Shown: in pieces, positions 57,842 through 64,000 of the stretch | How positions within the stretch are numbered: the stretch's first letter is position 1 | Layout of the letters: every line of letters starts with the position of its first letter | Origin: an uncultured Candidatus Thioglobus sp. | GTDB taxonomy: Bacteria > Pseudomonadota > Gammaproteobacteria > PS1 > Pseudothioglobaceae | Direction of reading: 5' to 3' | Length of the DNA: 64,000 bases | NCBI GenBank assembly: GCA_964344985.1 | Contig: CAYFPI010000002.1 | Location: 5,739 to 69,738 of the forward strand | Notes under the pieces: generated by a model | The model's database searches: none | What the model saw: the letters and a program-made list of their open reading frames with translations, nothing else | What the model was told of the DNA's origin: nothing | Position numbers and translations under genes: made by a program

Positions 57842-58639
57842 ATGACAAATACACCCGACATTCTAAAAAAAATTATTGCCCGTAAAGAGCAGGAAATACT
57901 TGATGCTAAAAAACTTATCAGCCCTGATAAGATGATGGAGCAAGCCTACGATAATCGCAATACGCGTGATTTCTTTGCAGCATTAAAAAATAAGGCTGAT
58001 CTAGGACAAAATGCTGTTATTGCTGAGATTAAAAAAGCCTCGCCTTCAAAAGGGATTTTGCGCGAAAATTTTAATCCTATTGAGATTGCAAAAAGCTATG
58101 AAAAGCATGGCGCAGCTTGCTTGTCAGTATTGACTGACAGAGATTTTTTCCAAGGTGATGATCAGTATCTGATTGATGCACGATCAGCCGTATCATTACC
58201 CGTATTACGCAAAGAATTTATTATCGAGCCTTATCAGGTTTTTCAATCCAGAGCACTTGGTGCAGATTGTATCTTACTCATTGCAGCTTGCTTAAGCGAC
58301 AGTCAAATGGAGGATTTATCCATGTTGGCAATTACTTTAAAGATGGATGTTTTGGTGGAGGTGCACAATCTAGAAGAATTAAAACGCACCATGGCATTAC
58401 GCTTACCAATGATTGGTATTAATAATAGAAATCTTCGTACTTTTGAAGTCTCTTTACAAACCACACTTGAGCTGCTTGAAACAGCTGGTGATGACACGTT
58501 GGTTATTACAGAAAGTGGCATCTTAACAAAAGAAGATGTGGCATTAATGAACAACAATGGCATTCATGGTTTTTTAGTTGGTGAGGCATTTATGCGTCAA
58601 GACAATCCTGGAAAAGCCTTACAGGAGATCTTTAAATGA
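57842..58639 (+). CDS. trpC: indole-3-glycerol phosphate synthase (monofunctional)
   Basis: 265 aa with [11 protein letters not shown] and FQGD motifs. No other trp genes are adjacent. Confidence 0.9.
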   Translation: MTNTPDILKKIIARKEQEILDAKKLISPDKMMEQAYDNRNTRDFFAALKNKADLGQNAVIAEIKKASPSKGILRENFNPIEIAKSYEKHGAACLSVLTDRDFFQGDDQYLIDARSAVSLPVLRKEFIIEPYQVFQSRALGADCILLIAACLSDSQMEDLSMLAITLKMDVLVEVHNLEELKRTMALRLPMIGINNRNLRTFEVSLQTTLELLETAGDDTLVITESGILTKEDVALMNNNGIHGFLVGEAFMRQDNPGKALQEIFK

Positions 58640-59049
58640 ATACAACTGTAAGATGGATTGACGGCATGATGATGACTGGTGAATCTGCCAGCGGACACGC
58701 CATAGTGATGGACGGTCCTGAAGAGCTTGGCGGTAAAAATCTTGGTGTTCGACCAATGGAAATGCTACTACTTGGTATGGGCGGCTGCACCACAGTTGAT
58801 GTGGTCTCTACACTCAAAAAGATGCGCGAAGAGGTGCGAGATTGTCGAGTAGAAATTTCAGCCGATCGAGCAGAAGATCACCCTAAAGTTTTTACCAAAA
58901 TTCATCTTCATTTTATTATTAAGGGTAACGATCTGAATGATAAAAAAATTGCAAAAGCGGTTAGCCTTTCTGCGGATAAGTATTGCTCTGCTTCTATCAT
59001 GCTAGCCAAAACAGCTAATGTTACTCACGATTTTGAAATAAATGAATAA
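58636..59049 (+). CDS. OsmC-family protein
   Basis: 137 aa with [15 protein letters not shown] and DKYCSAS, the two conserved Cys regions. Confidence 0.75.
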   Translation: MNTTVRWIDGMMMTGESASGHAIVMDGPEELGGKNLGVRPMEMLLLGMGGCTTVDVVSTLKKMREEVRDCRVEISADRAEDHPKVFTKIHLHFIIKGNDLNDKKIAKAVSLSADKYCSASIMLAKTANVTHDFEINE

Positions 59050-59263
59050 TACTTGGGGTTGGCTTGGTACAATTACCGGCATTATTGGCGGACTACTGGT
59101 TGCACTTAATTTTGAACTTTCAAAATTTGGCTATGTTTTTTTTATGGTATCAGCCATTAGCTGGATCATCCAAGGTTCTAAAAATAACGACAACTCATTA
59201 GTGTTGTTAAATGCTGTTTTTGTTTGCGTTAACACACTAGGTCTTTATCGTTGGTTTTCTTAA
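59042..59263 (+). CDS. 73-aa three-TM membrane protein
   Basis: It has three hydrophobic segments with W/N-containing ends. The pattern is loosely reminiscent of a PnuC/SemiSWEET-type 3-TM unit, but that idea is weak. Confidence 0.45.
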   Translation: MNNTWGWLGTITGIIGGLLVALNFELSKFGYVFFMVSAISWIIQGSKNNDNSLVLLNAVFVCVNTLGLYRWFS

Positions 59264-59676
59264 ATCGTTATTTTTCCTGCCTTATTATTACGCTTATTGC
59301 TAATACTGGTGTATTTGCTGACGACACTCAGCCTATCAAAACCGATATTAATGAAAAAGTAGAAACTCTAGATACTGAAATCTTAGATTTAGAAATTAGC
59401 TATGAAATGGGTATGGATGCTTATGATATTAATATGGAGGCAGAAGATATTAGTAATCAATTACTGTATCACGAATACCAACTCGGAACCCCAAAGGGTG
59501 ATGATGAGCAGTGGAATGAGTCTGAACAAATGATTCTTGAGGCAAAAATTAAACTTCAAGCACTGCAAGAAAAAATCAAAGTCGAGGGTGATTGGGGTCA
59601 ATTGCGCTTTAGAGTTCAAGATTTTCGTGGCTCTGATCCAGGCGCAATAAAACTTAGATATAACTACGGTTTTTAA
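59251..59676 (+). CDS. secreted acidic protein of unknown function ending in ...YNYGF
   Basis: 141 aa with a TTG start overlapping the previous gene. It has the signal-like segment CLIITLIANTGVFA and a C-terminal aromatic residue. Confidence 0.45.
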   Translation: MVFLNRYFSCLIITLIANTGVFADDTQPIKTDINEKVETLDTEILDLEISYEMGMDAYDINMEAEDISNQLLYHEYQLGTPKGDDEQWNESEQMILEAKIKLQALQEKIKVEGDWGQLRFRVQDFRGSDPGAIKLRYNYGF

Positions 59677-59728
59677 AGAAAACTGAGTATTTAAATTTTA
59701 AATTTTTAGCGTATAATATTTTTTTCAC

Positions 59729-59820
59729 GGAGAGTTGGCCGAGTGGCTGAAGGCGCGCCCCTGCTAAGGGTGTATAGGGTTTATCCCCTATCGAGGGTTC
59801 AAATCCCTCACTCTCCGCCA
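59729..59820 (+). tRNA. tRNA-Ser (anticodon GCU), long variable arm
   Basis: GGAGAGTTGGCCGAGTGGCTGAAGGCGCGCCCCTGCTAAGGGTG...GAGGGTTCAAATCCCTCACTCTCCGCCA. A TATAAT at 59712-59717 lies upstream. Confidence 0.9.
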
Positions 59821-60006
59821 TACCACTTCGTCTTTTTTTTATTTTCCGGCGTTGAATCACTAAACCCTCTCAATCACATGGTTATATCTATGCTCAATCG
59901 AGTGTTCAGAAATTCGCCTTGTAAAATAAAAAAAATACTTGTGGTACCGATATTGCAATTTAGGTAAAATTTTCAGATTACCTTAAAGCAACACACCAAT
60001 CCCATT

Positions 60007-60786
60007 ATGACTGACACACCTTTAGTAATTGCAGGAAAAACTTACAACTCTCGCTTATTGGTCGGCTCAGGAAAATATAAAGATTTAACCGAAACAAAAC
60101 TTGCAACTGATGCGGCTGAGGCGGACATTATTACGGTTGCCATTCGTCGTACCAATATTGGGCAAGATGAAAATGAGCCTAACTTGCTTGATGTTATCAA
60201 TCCTAATGAGTACACAATATTGCCAAATACTGCAGGTTGTTACAACGCCAAAGATGCTGTTCGAACGTGTCAGCTAGCGCGTGAATTGTTAGGTGGACAC
60301 AACTTGGTAAAGCTAGAAGTACTGGGCGATGAAAAGACCTTATATCCAAATATTGTTGAAACTTTAGCGGCTGCACAGACATTAGTTAATGACGGCTTTG
60401 ATGTGATGGTTTACACCAGTGATGACCCCATTGTTGCCAAAGAGCTAGAAAATATTGGCTGTGCTGCAGTAATGCCACTCGCCTCACTGATTGGATCGGG
60501 CCAAGGTATTGCCAACCCTGCCAATATTAAACTTATTAAAGAACAAACTAATGTGCCAGTATTGGTTGATGCTGGCATTGGCTGTGCAACTGATGCAGCT
60601 CGCGCAATGGAGCTTGGTTGCGACGGCGTACTGATGAATTCGGCAATTGCTAGTGCTCAAAATCCGATTCTGATGGCAAGTGCAATGAAACATGCTGTGA
60701 TTGCAGGTCGTGAGTCATTCCTTGCAGGTCGTATGATGAAAAAAGCTTACGCTTCAGCATCATCACCCATGGAAAATTTAATTTAA
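60007..60786 (+). CDS. thiG: thiazole synthase
   Basis: 259 aa, ThiG-like throughout ([21 protein letters not shown]). No thiS is seen upstream. Confidence 0.9.
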   Translation: MTDTPLVIAGKTYNSRLLVGSGKYKDLTETKLATDAAEADIITVAIRRTNIGQDENEPNLLDVINPNEYTILPNTAGCYNAKDAVRTCQLARELLGGHNLVKLEVLGDEKTLYPNIVETLAAAQTLVNDGFDVMVYTSDDPIVAKELENIGCAAVMPLASLIGSGQGIANPANIKLIKEQTNVPVLVDAGIGCATDAARAMELGCDGVLMNSAIASAQNPILMASAMKHAVIAGRESFLAGRMMKKAYASASSPMENLI

Positions 60787-60791
60787 AATCA

Positions 60792-62114
60792 CTACTCCAA
60801 TACCTTTAACGCCTTGGTATTTTTAACAAAAACAAACCCGTCATAACGCCAATCTAACACAATAGGCATATAGTTTTTTGACTCACTCTCAGGGTTATAA
60901 ACCACACCAACTGCTCTATGCTCTGTAAGCAATGATTGAGGCGGATGTCTTTTATTTGTCTGATTAAAGACAAAATAAAACTTATCTAAATTAATCTTGC
61001 TCAATACACTCTCAATGCTACCCAGTTGAGCACTTGGCAGAGTCATAACCTTCTTATCTTCTCCCCAGGCATCTGCCGCCAACACTTCTCCATGGTTAGT
61101 ACCAAATCCAAGTAAAAACACTGGAATTTGTTTTTGTAGTTTCTTGGCTAAATAGCCCATGGTTATCGAACCCGGAGAATAAGACGATGGCGTTGCTCCG
61201 ACATCACCAATATGTGTGTTATGCGCCCAAACAATTGCCTTGGTATTCTTTCCATGGTATTTAATTAGTCTCAAAATACTTTGCCACATGTGCATAGATC
61301 TAACATTCCAAGAAACGGTCTGATTGTAGTCATTCCAGCGATAAAATCGCTCAGCATTACGAACTACTAAAGCATTCTGCCAAATATTGAGCTGATTAAA
61401 GTTTGCGTATGGTTGATAATTAATCAAACTAAGTAGTAATTCAACAGCATTTTCAATATGTTTACTACAAGAAAAATCTCTATTTTCTACCTGCTCGGAC
61501 CAAGATTCTTGCTCTTGGTTAGTAAAACACAACAGTCTTTCTTTAAATGTTGGGTAATAAGCCGGAAAATGTTGATTGACAAATGTCAATACACGATCAA
61601 TTGCGGTGTCTGGCTCGTACAAATCCAAACCATAAAAACTAACTTTATTGTGTTCTAACTGATCTTTATTAAAGTTTTTTATCCATTCTACCAGCTCCTC
61701 AATAGGCTGATTTTTCCACATCCACTCTGGCCAATTATCAAAACTGTTAAGAACTTCTTTGGCTGAAGAATACTCAACTGAACTGCCTTTTATATAGGTA
61801 TTTATCTTAAGTACAAAATTCCAAGGCGCCTCAATAGCAATAAATCTAAACCTGTGGTTTTTGATCAAATCTTTTGTTATTGATATGCGAACATTATAAA
61901 ACTCTTGTGTTCCGTGTGTGGATTCTCCAAGCAAAACTAACTGTTGTTTTGCAGCAGCATCAATTAACGGCTTTAAATCTTTGACTGAATCAAAAGCAGC
62001 CGCTTTATTGACATAGTAACCAAATAAATGATTTTTGTCGATCGATATAGCATTAAAAGACAACAGATGTAATAAAACAGCAAGAATAATAACCCTTAAT
62101 TGCAATGCCTTCAT
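60792..62114 (-). CDS. erythromycin-esterase-family protein with a signal peptide
   Basis: 440 aa with the LLGESTHGTQEFY...FIAIEAPW signature of the family. Confidence 0.7.
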   Translation of the reverse strand: MKALQLRVIILAVLLHLLSFNAISIDKNHLFGYYVNKAAAFDSVKDLKPLIDAAAKQQLVLLGESTHGTQEFYNVRISITKDLIKNHRFRFIAIEAPWNFVLKINTYIKGSSVEYSSAKEVLNSFDNWPEWMWKNQPIEELVEWIKNFNKDQLEHNKVSFYGLDLYEPDTAIDRVLTFVNQHFPAYYPTFKERLLCFTNQEQESWSEQVENRDFSCSKHIENAVELLLSLINYQPYANFNQLNIWQNALVVRNAERFYRWNDYNQTVSWNVRSMHMWQSILRLIKYHGKNTKAIVWAHNTHIGDVGATPSSYSPGSITMGYLAKKLQKQIPVFLLGFGTNHGEVLAADAWGEDKKVMTLPSAQLGSIESVLSKINLDKFYFVFNQTNKRHPPQSLLTEHRAVGVVYNPESESKNYMPIVLDWRYDGFVFVKNTKALKVLE

Positions 62115-62159
62115 AACACACTTATTCTACACTTTGTTGTAAAACAAACATTAAAAGAC

Positions 62160-62477
62160 TTAATCCAGAAAATCTTTAACTACTTCTTCTTTAGTTTTTT
62201 TAACTCTAATACCGGGCTTTGCGATAATTTCTAAGAAAAAAGACTCCAACCCTTCTGCATCCGCTTCAGAGATGACTTTATTCATTTCTGCAACATGAAC
62301 TTTATTGCAATTGCCCTCATTAGCACCATAGCGGCAATCAAAATCCCAAAAATCAACACCTTGAGGTAATTTCTTGTTACGTTCACGCTTAATGTATTTT
62401 TTCACCTCGTGCTTAATTGCTTCAACCATTCTAGGTCTTTGCTTTTTAGGGTGTGAAAAACTAAAGGTTTTTTTCAT
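62160..62477 (-). CDS. conserved hypothetical basic protein
   Basis: 105 aa with a Lys/Arg-rich N-terminus and LPQGVDFWDFDCRYG. I can name no family with confidence. Confidence 0.5.
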   Translation of the reverse strand: MKKTFSFSHPKKQRPRMVEAIKHEVKKYIKRERNKKLPQGVDFWDFDCRYGANEGNCNKVHVAEMNKVISEADAEGLESFFLEIIAKPGIRVKKTKEEVVKDFLD

Positions 62478-62553
62478 GATTCATTTATGAGCAATAACAA
62501 TGAAGTAATTATATTGTATTATCAACTCACACCATAAGCGATAAAATAACCTT

Positions 62554-63663
62554 ATGGATTTTTCAACAACACTCTCAGGGCTAAAGAAAAACAATCTGTA
62601 TCGCTCAAGAAGGGTTGTCTCTAGTGCGCAAGATACACAAATTGTGATTAATGAGAAATCAGTCGTTAATTTTTGCTCAAATGATTACTTGTCACTTGCT
62701 AATCATCCACAAGTAAAAGAAACACTGAAACAAGGTGTTGATAAGTACGGTGTTGGATCTGGCGCATCACATTTGGTCAGCGGACACTCATCAGTACATC
62801 ACGAACTAGAGGAGGCTTTAGCAGAGTATACAAAACAGGATCGAGCTTTATTATTTTCAACTGGATATAGTGCCAATTTGGGTATTTTCTCAGCACTTAA
62901 AGATGAGCTTGATTGGGTATTGCAAGATAAGCTAAATCATGCATCTTTGATTGATGCTAACCACCTAATTGGATTGCCATTACAGCGCTATTTGCATAAT
63001 GATATTACCTCACTTGAGAAAAAAGCAAAAAGGCAAACAGGCCAAGGCATGATTGTGACCGACACTGTGTTTAGTATGGATGGTGATCAGGCAAATATTA
63101 ATGATTTGCAAAAAATCGGAAATTTTTACAACGCAACACTCATGCAAGATGATGCGCATGGATTTGGCGTGTTTAAGCCCAATATTCCAGAAAATTCAAT
63201 TTATATGGCTACTTTAGGCAAGGCAGTGGGCACAATGGGTGCTTTTGTTGCTGGAAGTGAGGATTTTATTGAATTTTTAATCCAAAAATCACGACCATAT
63301 ATCTACACAACAGCAATATCACCAGCAATTTGCGTAGCAACACTTAAAAGCTTAGATTTAATCAAACAAGGTGAACAAAAATCCAAATTGCTAGCTAATA
63401 TTGATTTTTTCCGAAATTTTTCAACAGCACTTGGCCTGCCTATTGAAAAATCAAACAGTGCAATCCAACCACTCATTGTTGGAGAAAGTGAAAAGGCATT
63501 GAAAATTAGTCAAAAGCTGCTTAATCAAGGATTTTATGTAAGCGCCATTCGACCGCCAACTGTGCCTAAAAATACAGCGCGTCTTAGGATTACGCTAAAC
63601 GCCAATCACACACAAAATCTGATCGAGCAATTGTTGGTCGCTATTAAAAATGCTCTACAGTAA
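62554..63663 (+). CDS. bioF: 8-amino-7-oxononanoate synthase
   Basis: 369 aa alpha-oxoamine synthase. TLGKAVG holds the PLP lysine. Confidence 0.9.
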   Translation: MDFSTTLSGLKKNNLYRSRRVVSSAQDTQIVINEKSVVNFCSNDYLSLANHPQVKETLKQGVDKYGVGSGASHLVSGHSSVHHELEEALAEYTKQDRALLFSTGYSANLGIFSALKDELDWVLQDKLNHASLIDANHLIGLPLQRYLHNDITSLEKKAKRQTGQGMIVTDTVFSMDGDQANINDLQKIGNFYNATLMQDDAHGFGVFKPNIPENSIYMATLGKAVGTMGAFVAGSEDFIEFLIQKSRPYIYTTAISPAICVATLKSLDLIKQGEQKSKLLANIDFFRNFSTALGLPIEKSNSAIQPLIVGESEKALKISQKLLNQGFYVSAIRPPTVPKNTARLRITLNANHTQNLIEQLLVAIKNALQ

Positions 63664-64000
63664 AACCGTTGGAAACGGCCCAGAGTTAGTACTACTACAC
63701 GGCTGGGGGTTTAACTCAGAGCTATTCAATAATCTTATTATTAAGCATCAAGATCAATACCGAATTACCAAAATAGATTTACCTGGACACGGAAGAAGTG
63801 ACGATGTTGATGGCGGACTTAATGAGTGGTGCGATGCAATTATTAAAATCTTGCCTAAAAACCCAATATTACTAGGCTGGTCATTAGGTGGTTTGCTGGC
63901 TATTAATATCGCCTCAAAAATTAAAACTTCTAAATTGATTTTAGTTGCTTCAACTCCTAGTTTTGTACAATCAGACAATTGGAATTACGGCATTGACAAA
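63650..64000 (+). CDS. bioH: pimeloyl-ACP methyl ester carboxylesterase, N-terminal part (runs off the right edge)
   Basis: Hand translation gives MLYSKTVGNGPELVLLHGWGFNSELF...LLGWSLGGLLA (nucleophile elbow). It overlaps the bioF end by 14 nt. Confidence 0.8.
   Translation, partial: MLYSKTVGNGPELVLLHGWGFNSELFNNLIIKHQDQYRITKIDLPGHGRSDDVDGGLNEWCDAIIKILPKNPILLGWSLGGLLAINIASKIKTSKLILVASTPSFVQSDNWNYGIDK

Noticed and set aside
59654-59967. ORFs 59654..59860 (-) and 59743..59967 (+)
   Set aside because: Both run through the tRNA-Ser(GCU) gene. They have no RBS and no coding features.
59821-60006. Possible TPP riboswitch or thiS gene upstream of thiG
   Set aside because: I could not find the conserved CUGAGA / ACCUGAUCUGGAUAAUGCCAGCG-type core. 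The only small ORF (17 codons) does not end in Gly-Gly.
63754-63978. 74-aa minus-strand ORF
   Set aside because: It lies antisense inside the clearly recognisable bioH N-terminus.

Overview
Hand analysis, no tools, of a 64-kb bacterial chromosome segment that is visibly AT-rich and very gene-dense. Small-feature coordinates were counted by eye. The proteins look gammaproteobacterial. The window holds several periplasmic thiol-redox proteins, c-type cytochromes, an SQR-like flavoprotein, a rhodanese, DUF302- and DUF4395-like proteins and a glycolate-salvage cluster. Together these suggest a sulfur-oxidising autotroph-like lifestyle, but that is inference only. About 75 protein genes are supported, and most are housekeeping: ileS, trpS, coaX, mutM, rluB, rluD, nadD-rsfS-rlmH, uvrD, nagZ-ampG, glcDEF, mraY, prfC, gyrA, parC, gcvP, dapB, kdsA, trpC, thiG and bioF-bioH. 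There are 4 tRNAs: Ala-GGC, two divergent Glu-UUC, and Ser-GCU. I saw no rRNA, CRISPR array, prophage or recognisable defence island. The best candidate for an undescribed system is a periplasmic two-part module. It pairs an unrecognised ~230-aa secreted domain with a TlpA-like thioredoxin. It occurs once as two translationally coupled genes (42311..43572, beside a dihaem cytochrome c) and once as a single fused gene (53316..54560). Other items worth a second look are listed below.
- A RAYT-type Y1 transposase gene is bracketed by two identical 31-nt perfect palindromes (6112..6849).
- A UmuD/LexA-like S24 domain protein without the Ser/Lys dyad is coupled to mutM.
- A secreted Asn/Tyr/Gly/Trp-rich protein is a possible sulfur-globule-type structural protein.
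- A class II cytochrome c gene is broken by two homopolymer frameshifts.
- A ParE-like toxin has an antitoxin interrupted by an in-frame TAG.
- Two unannotated paralogous mini membrane proteins lie in tandem.
- GlcE is half the usual size.
- A cyclophilin-FKBP fusion gene is present.
- A signal-peptide-bearing minimal ATP-dependent DNA ligase is present.
- A 23-nt bipartite intergenic motif occurs twice.
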